The notes beneath the pieces were generated by a model. It searched no databases, was not told the DNA's origin, and saw only the letters and a list, made by a program, of their open reading frames with translations. Of a stretch of DNA of 64,000 nt, positions 1 through 8,961 are shown piece by piece (position 1 is the stretch's first letter; each line of letters starts with the position of its first letter). This stretch comes from an uncultured Acidobacteriaceae bacterium (GTDB lineage Bacteria; Acidobacteriota; Terriglobia; Terriglobales; Acidobacteriaceae): assembly GCA_963835355.1 (NCBI GenBank), contig CAWIFE010000011.1, positions 70,848 to 134,847 on the forward strand, read 5' to 3'. The translations under genes and the position numbers were made by a program.

Positions 1-918
1 GGAATTGTCGATGAATGGCGGAAAAAGAACAGCCGCGCCAGATCCCGCGCATACACTGCCCCGATAATGTATTCGGTGCCGCGAGCCTCATCGTAAACAG
101 GAATGCGCGAGTGGTTGTGGCCGAAGACGCGCATGCAGGCGTCTTCAAGCAGCATATTTGAAGGCAAAGAGAAAATCCGCTGTCGCGGCGTCATGATCTC
201 GCGCACCTGCACATCGCCGAGTTCCAAGAGCGCGGTGCACCAGCGTCTCCTGAAATTCGGGAAGCAGGCCCAGCCGCCTGGCTGCCGTCGCAATGAGCTT
301 CAGTTCCTCGGCGGAGTGAATGGAAGCGGCGCGCTCCCCGGATGGAATATCGAATGCGTGCAAAACGGCTGCGGCAGAGTGCCGAAGCAAGCGCACCGCG
401 GGGCGAGTGACGGCCATGAACACCAGCATGGGCGGCGCCACTGCCACAGCCAGCGCCTCGGCCCGGCGCAGCGCCAGTCCTTTCGGCACCAGCTCGCCGG
501 CCACAACGTGAAAGTAAGTGATGATGGCAAATCCGAGTGTCACGGCCGCCACATGACCGTAGATACTCGCGTGGGGCAGTGCACCGAACCATCCTGCCAG
601 CATTTGCGCCGCCAGCGGCTCGCCTAGCCAGCCAAGCGCCAGCGAGCAAAGGGTCACGCCGAGCTGCACCGCGGGGAGCAGGTCGTCGAGGTTGCGCTGC
701 AGGCTCCGCACTGCACGAGCTCCCGGCACCTGCGCCGCCAGCAACTGCTCCACGCGCGTTTCGCGGATCGAGATCAGCGCGAATTCGACCGCGACAAAGT
801 AGGCGTTGGCCAGGATCAGCATGGCCACGGCGACCGGCTTGATGAGCAGAAGCTCGTGCATCTCGCAGTGAGGATAGCATTGGACGGTCTGCGTGGCGCC
901 GGATGAGGCCTCGCTCAT
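1..918 (-). CDS. Hemolysin/CNNM (HlyC/CorC, DUF21 + CBS) family membrane protein; runs off the window start; +1 frameshift near 226
   Basis: ANAYFVAVEFALISIR, QLGVTLCSLALGWLGEP and GELVPK are DUF21 motifs. Removing one base near 226 restores LELGDVQVREIMTPRQRIFSL...HSRIPVYD (CBS region). Confidence 0.85.
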
Positions 919-986
919 GACATTTCTATGGAACCCGTGGGCCGTCGGGTGCGTAGAATCATCCAGGTGGCAAAATGAGGAGCGCG

Positions 987-1829
987 ATGAGGCGTTTTTG
1001 TGCAGCAGTCACGATATTTGTTGCAGTTGTGCTTGCGACAACATTTCCGGCGCGGGCGGCTGAGGCAACATTTGAGCGCGACCTGACGGTTACCGGCAGA
1101 GTCGATCTCACGGTCCACACCGGCTCGGGTTCCATCCATCTAACCAGCGGCCCCGACGGGCGCGTCCATATCTTCGCGCGCGTAAAGTCAGGCTGGGGCT
1201 CGAGCGATGAAACGGTACAACAGATCGCTGCGCATCCTCCCATCCAGCAGACCGGCAACATCATCCGCATCGGCGCGAGCCATCAGAATTTCGGCAACGT
1301 CAGCATCGATTACGAGATTCAGGCTCCGCCCGATGCTTACCTGGATGCCGCGTCAGGCTCAGGCAACGTGACCGACGACGGCGTCGGCGCGAATGCCAGG
1401 CTCGGCACCGGCTCGGGATCGATTCACGCCACCGGACTCAAAGGCGGATTCACCGTCGGCACAGGGTCGGGTAACATCTACGCCGAACAAATCGGCCCCG
1501 GCGACGTGAAAGCCAGCACCGGCTCTGGATCGATCGAGCTGAAGAACCTGCATGGCGCGCTCCAGGCCGGAACCGGATCGGGCAATATCAAGATTGACGG
1601 CACGCCCGCTGCCCCGTGGCGCATCCACACCGGTTCTGGCAGTGTCGAGCTTTGGACAGGCAATGCCGCGCTGACGCTCGATGCAGGGACCGGCTCAGGC
1701 AGCATTCACAGCGACCGCGAGATCGTGACGCAAGGGACAATGGACCACCACCACTTGAAGGGCGCCATTGGCGGCGGAGGCCCGGCCGTGCACATCGGAA
1801 CCGGCTCAGGCAACATCCGCATTCACTAG
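987..1829 (+). CDS. Secreted DUF4097-like beta-strand repeat (adhesin-like) protein
   Basis: Signal peptide ending ARA, then repeated TGSGSI/TGSGNI units. AGGAG precedes ATG 987; alternative start 975. Confidence 0.8.
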   Translation: MRRFCAAVTIFVAVVLATTFPARAAEATFERDLTVTGRVDLTVHTGSGSIHLTSGPDGRVHIFARVKSGWGSSDETVQQIAAHPPIQQTGNIIRIGASHQNFGNVSIDYEIQAPPDAYLDAASGSGNVTDDGVGANARLGTGSGSIHATGLKGGFTVGTGSGNIYAEQIGPGDVKASTGSGSIELKNLHGALQAGTGSGNIKIDGTPAAPWRIHTGSGSVELWTGNAALTLDAGTGSGSIHSDREIVTQGTMDHHHLKGAIGGGGPAVHIGTGSGNIRIH

Positions 1830-1835
1830 GCCCCA

Positions 1836-2579
1836 CTACGGTATGAAGTAATACGGATCGGGATATTTCACCGAAAACTCCGCTTCCGGCTTGCCCTTCA
1901 GGTCGCTCCACTGGTCGCCCACGTTGAGGGCCAGCGTATAGCCCGCCGCGGCAACCTGCCCGCGCGCTATTGCTTTGAAAGCGCCAGTCGTTTGTGACCC
2001 GGGTTCCGCCGGACGCATGACAAGCAGCTTCCAGTTGTCGAATCCCTGCGCGCGAAGATTGCGCTCCGTAGCGGCGCGCTGTGTCTCGTAACGGCCTGTA
2101 ATAAAGACGACGCTTATGCCCAACCGCTGCGCTTCCTTGTAGAGCCGCAAGGTGCCCGGAATGGCCGGCGCCTGCGCGGTGTCAAGCCACTGATCGAATT
2201 CGGGCTTGTTGTACGCGAAGTCTGCGCCCAACATCTCCGCGTAGGTCGACAGCGTCGTGTCGTCGATGTCCAGAATCAGCGCCAGTTTCTCGCGCGGCTT
2301 TCGATTTGCGGCCCGCTGACGCAAGAACGTAATGGCATGATCCGCCTGCATGTCCAGATCGTGCGCGTAACAGCCGCACTTGCATGTGCAATTGTGGTAT
2401 TCCTTCAGTTCCGTCTTCAGCGTGCCAAGGTTGGGGATGCGCTCCGCCGCAGCGTCGGCGCTGAAGGCCGGGCGCGGCGCCTGCTGCGCGGAAAGGCAAC
2501 TCAGTCCAATCGCCAGCCCAATCGCGAGCCCCGTCGCCGGAATGAGCGGCGCCGCCAGCATGGTCGCACTTTTCTTCAT
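1836..2579 (-). CDS. Secreted HAD-superfamily acid phosphatase (class B / plant VSP-like)
   Basis: LDIDDT, ITGR and GDQWSDL motifs; signal-like N-terminus from MKKSATML. Confidence 0.85.
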   Translation of the reverse strand: MKKSATMLAAPLIPATGLAIGLAIGLSCLSAQQAPRPAFSADAAAERIPNLGTLKTELKEYHNCTCKCGCYAHDLDMQADHAITFLRQRAANRKPREKLALILDIDDTTLSTYAEMLGADFAYNKPEFDQWLDTAQAPAIPGTLRLYKEAQRLGISVVFITGRYETQRAATERNLRAQGFDNWKLLVMRPAEPGSQTTGAFKAIARGQVAAAGYTLALNVGDQWSDLKGKPEAEFSVKYPDPYYFIP

Positions 2580-2657
2580 CACGCCGAACTCCTCTCCGTT
2601 CCTTCGATTGCCTAGTTTATACAATGCGCCTTGCCCGCCCTTTAGACTGAGAAGAAT

Positions 2658-3383
2658 ATGATTCGCGTCTTTCGTCCCATTCCCGTCGACCGGCTCAAGC
2701 TCTTGGTCTTCGATCTCGATGGCACGCTGATCGACTCGGCGCAGGACCTGTGCAACAGCGTGAATGCGACGCTCCGGGAATTCAACTGTGGCCCGCTGCC
2801 CGACAAAACGATCGCCGGCTTTGTCGGCAACGGCGCGCCGATGCTCATGCGCCGCTCACTGGCCCTCGCCGGGAGCATTGCTCCTGACCAGATCAACGAG
2901 GATCTGTTCGCCAGGGCCTACGCATTCTTTCTCCAGCACTACCGCGAGCACAAGCTGGACTTCACCTACGCTTACGAAGGCGTTCTCGATGCGCTCAAGG
3001 CATTGCACGAGCTGCATGACGCGCCCGGCGGCCCGCAAAGAACCATGGCTGTGCTCACCAACAAGCCGGTGCGTCCAGCGCGCGGCATCTGCGAAGGGCT
3101 CGGCCTCGCCGATTACTTCCTCCACATTTACGGCGGTGACAGTTTCCCCCTCAAGAAACCGGATCCGCTGGGTCTCCGCTCGCTCATGGACGAGACCGGT
3201 GCTGCTCCTGGCGAGACCGTGATGATCGGCGACAGCAAAGTGGACGTCGAAACAGCCCGCAACGCCGGAGCCTGGTCCATCGGCTGTGCTTTCGGCTTCG
3301 GCCCCCAAAACCTCTCGGATTCCCCTCCCGACGTCCTTGTTGACAGCGCCGCCGAATGGACGCAGGCGTTGAGTCCGGCGTAA
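2658..3383 (+). CDS. gph: HAD hydrolase, phosphoglycolate phosphatase-like
   Basis: FDLDGTL, TNKP, KPDP and MIGDSKVD HAD motifs. Confidence 0.8.
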   Translation: MIRVFRPIPVDRLKLLVFDLDGTLIDSAQDLCNSVNATLREFNCGPLPDKTIAGFVGNGAPMLMRRSLALAGSIAPDQINEDLFARAYAFFLQHYREHKLDFTYAYEGVLDALKALHELHDAPGGPQRTMAVLTNKPVRPARGICEGLGLADYFLHIYGGDSFPLKKPDPLGLRSLMDETGAAPGETVMIGDSKVDVETARNAGAWSIGCAFGFGPQNLSDSPPDVLVDSAAEWTQALSPA

Positions 3384-3477
3384 GTAGCGCAGAATGAATA
3401 TCTTCGCCAGCCCAATCTCTCGGGAACTTCCGCGCATCGTTGCGCGTATAGTTGCTTGTAGCGGGGATCAAAAGCTT

Positions 3478-4023
3478 ATGCATCGGAGATTTCTCGCCCT
3501 TTGCCTGTTCGGTGCCGCCTTGGCAGTTGCCGCTGCACCGGTGCGCGCCAGCGAAGACGCGGTCCAGTTTTTTAACAACATCGAAGTCACTCCTGACGCT
3601 CCGGTCCACGACGCTGTCTGCTTCTTCTGCAATGTCCATGCGGACGGAGAGGTGAACGGCGACATCGTTGTCTTCTTCGGCAACGTGCGCCTCAATGGCC
3701 ACGCACACCACGACGTGGTCAACTTCTTTGGCCAGGTCACGGCCGCAGATAACTCCTCCATTGGTGGCGATCTCGTTTCCTTCTTTGGCTCCGTGCGCCT
3801 CGGTGAAAACGTCACTGTGACCAAAGACCTGGTCGCGATGTTCGGCGTGGTGCACACCCCGTCCTCCGTTTCCGTCGGCAAGGATCACGTCGTGTTCTCG
3901 CCGTGGATTCTCTTCGGCCCGCTGCTGATCATCTTCCTCGTAGTGTTTGTCATCGTCCACGAGATCCGTGTCCATCGCCAGCGCCGGTTCGCCCAAGCCT
4001 ACCCGCTCCCGCCACGGCAATAG
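3478..4023 (+). CDS. Exported/membrane protein with ~17-aa beta-helix-like repeats (bactofilin-like) and a C-terminal TM helix
   Basis: Signal peptide; repeats DAVCFFCNV, DIVVFFGNV, DVVNFFGQV, DLVSFFGSV, DLVAMFGVV; hydrophobic C-terminal helix. Confidence 0.65.
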   Translation: MHRRFLALCLFGAALAVAAAPVRASEDAVQFFNNIEVTPDAPVHDAVCFFCNVHADGEVNGDIVVFFGNVRLNGHAHHDVVNFFGQVTAADNSSIGGDLVSFFGSVRLGENVTVTKDLVAMFGVVHTPSSVSVGKDHVVFSPWILFGPLLIIFLVVFVIVHEIRVHRQRRFAQAYPLPPRQ

Positions 4024-4060
4024 TGCGATCAAAAGCCCGTCTGGGCGTTACGCTGTTGGA

Positions 4061-5095
4061 GTGGACACTCCATGCCTCCTCGGCCCTCGCCCCTTGCGCA
4101 TCGTCTTGCCCGGCGGCAGCGGCCAGGTAGGCCGCATGTTGGCGCGGTTCTTTCAGGAGCGCGGCCATCACGTCACGGTGCTCACCCGTGGGCCCTACAC
4201 CGCGCCCTGGCAAACCGTGTATTGGGACGGAATCGAGCTCGGCCCCTGGGTCGAGGCGCTCGAAGGCGCCGACCTCTGCATCCATCTCTCCGGTCGCAGC
4301 ATCAACTGCCGCTACACCGCTCGCAACCGCCGCGAGCTTTACGATTCGCGGATCGGCCCAACGCTTCTGCTGCACCGGGCCTTCGCCACGCTGGCCAATC
4401 CGCCGCACCTCTGGATGAACGCCTCCTCGGCCACCGTCTACCGGCACGCTCCACAGGGAACGGAATTCGATCGCCCGATGGACGAGACCACAGGCGAGCT
4501 GGGCGGCAATGACCCATTAGGCGGCCATGAAATGATCTCGCTCCGCCGTCGCGCTCCCGAAAAGTGGAATTGGACCATCCAGCTCGTCAAAGACTGGGAG
4601 GCCGCATTCTTCTCTGCAGAAACTCCGCGCACGCGCAAGATCGCGCTGCGCACATCGCTCGTCTTCGGCCCTGAGCCGGGCAGTGTCTTTGCGGTCCTCT
4701 CGAATCTTGTCCGCGTCGGCCTCGGCGGAACGCAAGGCAACGGCCGCCAATATGTTTCATGGATTCACGAGTCCGACTTCGCCCGAGCTCTCGAATTCCT
4801 CATCGACCACGAGGAAATCGACGGCCCAGTCAATCTCGCCGCGCCTCATCCGCTTCCCAACCGCGAATTCATGGCCGACTTGCGCGAAGCCTGGGAGATG
4901 CCCAATGGCCTCCCCGCGCCCGCGCTGCTCATGGCCATCGGCATGTTCTTCCTGCGCACCGAACCCGAGCTGGTCCTCAAGAGCCGTCGCGTCGTTCCCG
5001 GCCGCCTTCTCCAATCTGGATTTCAGTTTGAATTTCCCGACTGGCCCGAAGCCGCCGCCGACCTCGTCCGCCAGTGGCGAGCCCGAGACGAGTAG
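4061..5095 (+). CDS. TIGR01777-like NAD-dependent epimerase/oxidoreductase
   Basis: PGGSGQVG Rossmann motif, SRIGPT, GNGRQYVSWIH and SRRVVPGRL. GTG start at 4061 is inferred. Confidence 0.85.
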   Translation: MDTPCLLGPRPLRIVLPGGSGQVGRMLARFFQERGHHVTVLTRGPYTAPWQTVYWDGIELGPWVEALEGADLCIHLSGRSINCRYTARNRRELYDSRIGPTLLLHRAFATLANPPHLWMNASSATVYRHAPQGTEFDRPMDETTGELGGNDPLGGHEMISLRRRAPEKWNWTIQLVKDWEAAFFSAETPRTRKIALRTSLVFGPEPGSVFAVLSNLVRVGLGGTQGNGRQYVSWIHESDFARALEFLIDHEEIDGPVNLAAPHPLPNREFMADLREAWEMPNGLPAPALLMAIGMFFLRTEPELVLKSRRVVPGRLLQSGFQFEFPDWPEAAADLVRQWRARDE

Positions 5096-5180
5096 CACCG
5101 GTCTCCAATCCGGGGTCCCCACGGACAGGTCTTCGTCCGTGGGGCGGCTGACCGGCTGTCGTGCGGGCGTCCCCGCCCGC
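5092..5180 (+). repeat. GTAG-tagged REP-like hairpin with a second palindromic element (5112-5144) nested in its loop; its GTAG supplies the upstream gene's TAG stop
   Basis: gtagcaccggtctcca[...ggggtccccacggacaggtcttcgtccgtgggg...]gaccggctgtcgtgcggg; an un-nested copy is at 19605-19653. Confidence 0.8.
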
Positions 5181-5230
5181 GCCTGGCGCGCACCGATCTC
5201 GGCTCTCTGTTCTCTAATCTCTGTTCTCTG

Positions 5231-5698
5231 CTACTTCGGCGTTATATCCGTCACCGGCAGATCCCAGTGCCCGAGCAGAATCTCGAATCTACGCTGCTCC
5301 TCTTTCTTGTACGTGTCCTGGTCCGGCCAAAGCTCCTTGATAAACGCCGCTTCATCCAGGTTCGAGCTCGTCGCAACCGTCGAGTCCTTGTAGACGATCG
5401 TCACGCGGTAATCCCAGCGCCCGTCCTCGGTCGTGTGGTAGGCCGGCGACTCAATCTTCAGCGACACAATCCGCCCCGTCGCCTCGATCTTCTTGAGCAG
5501 CGGCCAATGATTCTTCAGAAACAGATCCAAAAATTCCTGCTGATGTCCCCACTGGCACTTGTAGTAGTACTCGATCGTGTACGGCGCCCCGGCGCTCGAC
5601 TGTGGCGGCGCGCCCTGCGCCCAAATCCTTCCCGCAAAGCCCACTGCAAATGCCAATCCCACCAAGGCAACAACAATCCTGCGCGTCATATTCGTCAT
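5231..5698 (-). CDS. Secreted hypothetical protein (possible NIPSNAP-like/dimeric alpha-beta barrel)
   Basis: Signal peptide MTNMTRRIVVALVGLAFAVGFAGRIWA followed by a well-formed globular sequence. Confidence 0.65.
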   Translation of the reverse strand: MTNMTRRIVVALVGLAFAVGFAGRIWAQGAPPQSSAGAPYTIEYYYKCQWGHQQEFLDLFLKNHWPLLKKIEATGRIVSLKIESPAYHTTEDGRWDYRVTIVYKDSTVATSSNLDEAAFIKELWPDQDTYKKEEQRRFEILLGHWDLPVTDITPK

Positions 5699-5768
5699 GA
5701 AGGCCTCCATCCGTGCGATGGAAGCATTGTAACGTGGAGAACTCGCGCCGCAATCACAGGGAAAAATG

Positions 5769-6173
5769 TCACTCAGATAGCAAAGCCACGGCGTGAGTGC
5801 GAAACCACGATGCCAGCTCTTCCTCCGGCACTGAGCCGTCGGCAACCGATAGCATCACCCTCACTGTCTCACCATCGCTGGCAGTGAGCCTGTAGCCATT
5901 CAGGGGTAGGAACACGCCGGCCGCCACAACTAGGGCCGTGCGCTTGTTTCCGTCAATGAATGCGTGGTTACGCGCGATCCCAAAAGCATAAGAAGCCGCA
6001 AGATCGGCCGCATCGGGATTTCCATACGCCGCGAGATTCTGTGGACGAGCGAGGGCCGAAAGAAGCAAAGACTCATCTCGCAGCCCTTTCATGCCGCCGT
6101 GCTCCGCGAGTTGCTCGTCGTGAATTGCCAGAACTACATCTTCTGACACCCACCTCCACTCTTCCTGGCTCAC
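5769..6173 (-). CDS. doc: Doc/Fic family toxin (death-on-curing)
   Basis: HAFIDGNKRTA Fic/Doc motif; overlaps the antitoxin stop codon. Confidence 0.92.
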   Translation of the reverse strand: MSQEEWRWVSEDVVLAIHDEQLAEHGGMKGLRDESLLLSALARPQNLAAYGNPDAADLAASYAFGIARNHAFIDGNKRTALVVAAGVFLPLNGYRLTASDGETVRVMLSVADGSVPEEELASWFRTHAVALLSE

Positions 6174-6394
6174 TTTGCGAGTTCCCGCAAAACGTCGCGC
6201 CGCTCTCGCATGAAGTTGCGAGCCAAAGACATCTGTTCTTCGAAGTCAGGACTGTACGGAGTGATCCGAAGGCCATCCGGCGATTCAGTGAGAAACACCG
6301 AGTCGCCTTTCGCCACCTTGAGCAGCGCCAATGCTTCTTTCGGCAACACGATTCCCGACGAACTCCCCACCGTCGTTACTTTGAGTTTGATCAT
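6170..6394 (-). CDS. AbrB/MazE/SpoVT-family antitoxin
   Basis: KVTTVGSSSGIVLPKE AbrB fold, 74 aa, directly upstream of doc with a 4-nt overlap. Confidence 0.88.
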   Translation of the reverse strand: MIKLKVTTVGSSSGIVLPKEALALLKVAKGDSVFLTESPDGLRITPYSPDFEEQMSLARNFMRERRDVLRELAK

Positions 6395-6406
6395 CGCCTA
6401 CCTCGT

Positions 6407-6431
6407 TCTAATGATTATAACATATATTAGA
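6407..6431 (-). promoter_or_regulatory. TA promoter: TATAAT -10 flanked by the inverted repeat TCTAAT-N13-ATTAGA (likely auto-operator)
   Basis: tctaat 6407-6412, attata 6414-6419 and attaga 6426-6431, immediately upstream of the antitoxin ATG. Confidence 0.55.
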
Positions 6432-6520
6432 CTATCGGGATTCGTGGTTTGCATTCCGGCATGGGCTCCGCCGCCGGACACTTAGGACTCGTTCCCTTGG
6501 TCACTTGGCCCCTGCCTTAC

Positions 6521-6551
6521 AAAAAAAACGGCCCCCGTTTCCACGGGGGCC
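6521..6551 (-). terminator. Rho-independent terminator
   Basis: Minus strand reads GGCCCCCGTGGAAACGGGGGCC-G-T8, downstream of the 6656-7591 gene. Confidence 0.85.
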
Positions 6552-6655
6552 AAGTTGCCTTGGTTCTCTCGCGTTGCGAGAGCTTGTTGGCGGCCTTACG
6601 GCGGGGTGGCCGTTGGCACAGAAGCAGAGCCTCGGGGGAGGAGTTGGCCGCTATA

Positions 6656-7591
6656 TTACGGCTGCTCTGTGCCAGCTGCGGCGGGAGCGCTTTGGGGTGA
6701 CGCTCCTGCCCGGGCCGCCAAACTGTTTTCCATCAACCGCAAATGCACACTGCTGACCCGTACCCGTTCCGGTCTTTGGTCTTGATCGCCGGTTCCGGTT
6801 GAGGCCACCTCAGCTTCGTTGCCGAGGGCCACGGAGTGCATGCGGTAGACGGGAATCTGATGTTCCGTCACTAGATAGCGCTTGACTGCTTCTGACAGGC
6901 GCTCGGAACTTTGAATGCCTGCGCTTCCCGCCAAAGGCGAGTGCGCGTCCAATTCCAGAATGTAGCCTTCGCGCCCGGTTAGGCTCGAGGCTAGCCGATC
7001 CAGATCCTGCTTCGAATCCGCAGTCAGCGACGGGCTGGAGCCGCGGAACTTGATCACGATGTCCGTCGCCTGTTGATACTGATCCAGGCCGTTCACCGTG
7101 GTGTTGATCTGGTCCACGTGAGTCGATGCCGATTGGGCGGCGGAGTTTGCGTTCTGGGCCTGCGAGTTGGCGTTCATCGCCAACTGGTTCGCCGCATCGG
7201 CCGCGGTCTGCGCCTTCTGGATGCCTGCCTGCGCCCGCGCATCCACATCCTTGATGTACTGCGCGTTCTTGGAGTTCAAATCATCCAGTTCGCTTAACCG
7301 GTCGTTGATCGGATCGGTCTGTCTCTTCACCCACTTCTTGCGGGCAAAGGGGTAAATCCGGCCCCAGAACCCCTCTTTCGGGGTGCTCAAGGGCTGCTCA
7401 GTCATGGGCATGGGGGAGGGCTGAGCTTGCGCGTTAGAAGATGGGGCGCTCTGTGTTGAAACCCCGGTTGAAACTCCAGTATTGACCTGGTCTTGAGCCC
7501 AAACGGGAATCGCGATCGCAGATGCCAACACGATTGCTGCTACTGCCAAAGGTCGGGGAAACAATCTCAATTCATTCGCAGATCTAATCAT
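6656..7591 (-). CDS. Exported protein with an Ala/Gln coiled coil and an OmpA-like C-terminal domain
   Basis: Signal peptide; AQTAADAANQLAMNANSQAQNANSAAQSA coil; KQDLDRLA...SERLSEAVKRYL resembles OmpA_C. Confidence 0.7.
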   Translation of the reverse strand: MIRSANELRLFPRPLAVAAIVLASAIAIPVWAQDQVNTGVSTGVSTQSAPSSNAQAQPSPMPMTEQPLSTPKEGFWGRIYPFARKKWVKRQTDPINDRLSELDDLNSKNAQYIKDVDARAQAGIQKAQTAADAANQLAMNANSQAQNANSAAQSASTHVDQINTTVNGLDQYQQATDIVIKFRGSSPSLTADSKQDLDRLASSLTGREGYILELDAHSPLAGSAGIQSSERLSEAVKRYLVTEHQIPVYRMHSVALGNEAEVASTGTGDQDQRPERVRVSSVHLRLMENSLAARAGASPQSAPAAAGTEQP

Positions 7592-7668
7592 GGGTTCAAT
7601 CCCTCTCGGTTCGCGGCTGTTATGGTTGCGTCCGCGGTCTGAGCCTGATGTCCGCTCGCCCTACTAAA

Positions 7669-7684
7669 AGCAATACCGGTGCCA
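7669..7684 (-). promoter_or_regulatory. Sigma-54 (-24/-12) promoter
   Basis: Minus strand TGGCAC-CGGTA-TTGCT is an exact match to the TGGCAC-N5-TTGCW consensus, ~80 bp upstream of the OmpA-like gene. Confidence 0.75.
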
Positions 7685-7866
7685 AAAGTGGAGAGGGATT
7701 GGGAAAACATCTATCTTATTGAAAATAAAGTCATTCGATTGGGAGGGTTCGGTGCGGAATCGGCGTGTTTCTCGCCCTGTATACCCCTGTTTGCGGGTAA
7801 ATTTTGCACGTTTGCGTAGTTTCTACGCTGCCCCCGGAACCCTCGCCCCGCTTCGAGTCGACCTGC

Positions 7867-8388
7867 CTACTTAGAACCCACGTGTATGACACGGATCTCG
7901 GGGAAAGCGCCATCCCAATCCTGCGCAACCGTGTCGAATACCAATCGAAAGTCTGCGCTGTCGCCCGGTTTCAACGGTGAGGCCGACACCGGCTCCACAT
8001 CCACGTACGGTTGGCGCGTGCGGATGATCTTCAGCGGCTCGGTTTCGTTTTGCGCCACTTCATGAGCCGGGTCACGGAAGAGCACCTGCACGGTGATTGC
8101 AGTCACCGTCCGGCTTCCTGTATTGCTGATCGACCCATCGACGTAGGTCACTTTGCCGCCCGCAAGATTCGCTGACTCGCTCATCTGCAAATTGCCGACC
8201 GGCAGATTCGCCGCGTACGGGTCCAGGGCCGCCGAGATCGGCGTCGCTGCGGGCGCGCTCTTCCCGTGTCCAAAGATCAGCACCAGTCCTACCGCCACCG
8301 CCAGCACAATCGCCACCGCGATCGCTACCGGCAGCCAATTGCGCTCCTGCCCTGCAGCAGGACGAATCAGTTGTGGTCCCGTGCTCAC
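7867..8388 (-). CDS. Membrane-anchored hypothetical protein (DUF2393/DUF3426-like beta-sandwich)
   Basis: Single TM helix WLPVAIAVAIVLAVAVGLVLIF, then YVDGSISNTGSRTV...PLKPGDSADFRLVF. Start uncertain (8388-8538). Confidence 0.7.
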   Translation of the reverse strand: MSTGPQLIRPAAGQERNWLPVAIAVAIVLAVAVGLVLIFGHGKSAPAATPISAALDPYAANLPVGNLQMSESANLAGGKVTYVDGSISNTGSRTVTAITVQVLFRDPAHEVAQNETEPLKIIRTRQPYVDVEPVSASPLKPGDSADFRLVFDTVAQDWDGAFPEIRVIHVGSK

Positions 8389-8682
8389 GAGCGCGATTGT
8401 ACACCCGATTTGGTTTGCCTCGCGCCCATCCATGCGCTCGATCGGCGCCACACCTCTCATTTCCGTGTCGCCATTCCCGCACGCTCTGGAACTTTTCATC
8501 CAATCTACATTCTTCTTTGAATCTAGCGCGCATCTCACGCGTCTAAGCTGGCAAGAGAGAACTCAACGCTGGCCAGCCGGCGTTGCCAAGTCTCCTGAAG
8601 CCTCAACCACATGACAAGGAAACCGGCAGTGTCATCGCGCCGTAATCCTGATAGAAGTACATTTTGAAAGGCAGGCCAGCCA

Positions 8683-8832
8683 GTGAATCCCTCCCCGAGC
8701 CACGCATTCACCTCGCCGCCCACTCACACAAGCGCCTCTGCGCAGCCCAACCTGCAAGCCGAACGGGTCTACCAGGGCCTCACCATCGCCGCCATGCTCG
8801 CGCTTCTCTTGAGCCTCTTGTCATTTTGGTAG
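8683..8832 (+). CDS. Small (49 aa) protein with a C-terminal hydrophobic helix, absent from the ORF track
   Basis: GTG...TAG reading MNPSPSHAFTSPPTHTSASAQPNLQAERVYQGLTIAAMLALLLSLLSFW; purine-rich GAAAGGCAGG upstream. Confidence 0.45.
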   Translation: MNPSPSHAFTSPPTHTSASAQPNLQAERVYQGLTIAAMLALLLSLLSFW

Positions 8833-8961
8833 GTTTCCCCGCGCCGCCGCTGAGGCACCGGAGGCCATGCGCGAATTCGAAGTCGCAACCTCATAACTGA
8901 ATCAAGCCACACGCTGGCAACTGACTACCGTGAACTACGAACTTTGAACTACGAACTGTAT

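Noticed and set aside
8540-8680. Riboswitch or ncRNA upstream of the 49-aa ORF
   Set aside because: Only a short ATGACA...TGTCAT hairpin; no recognisable aptamer consensus.
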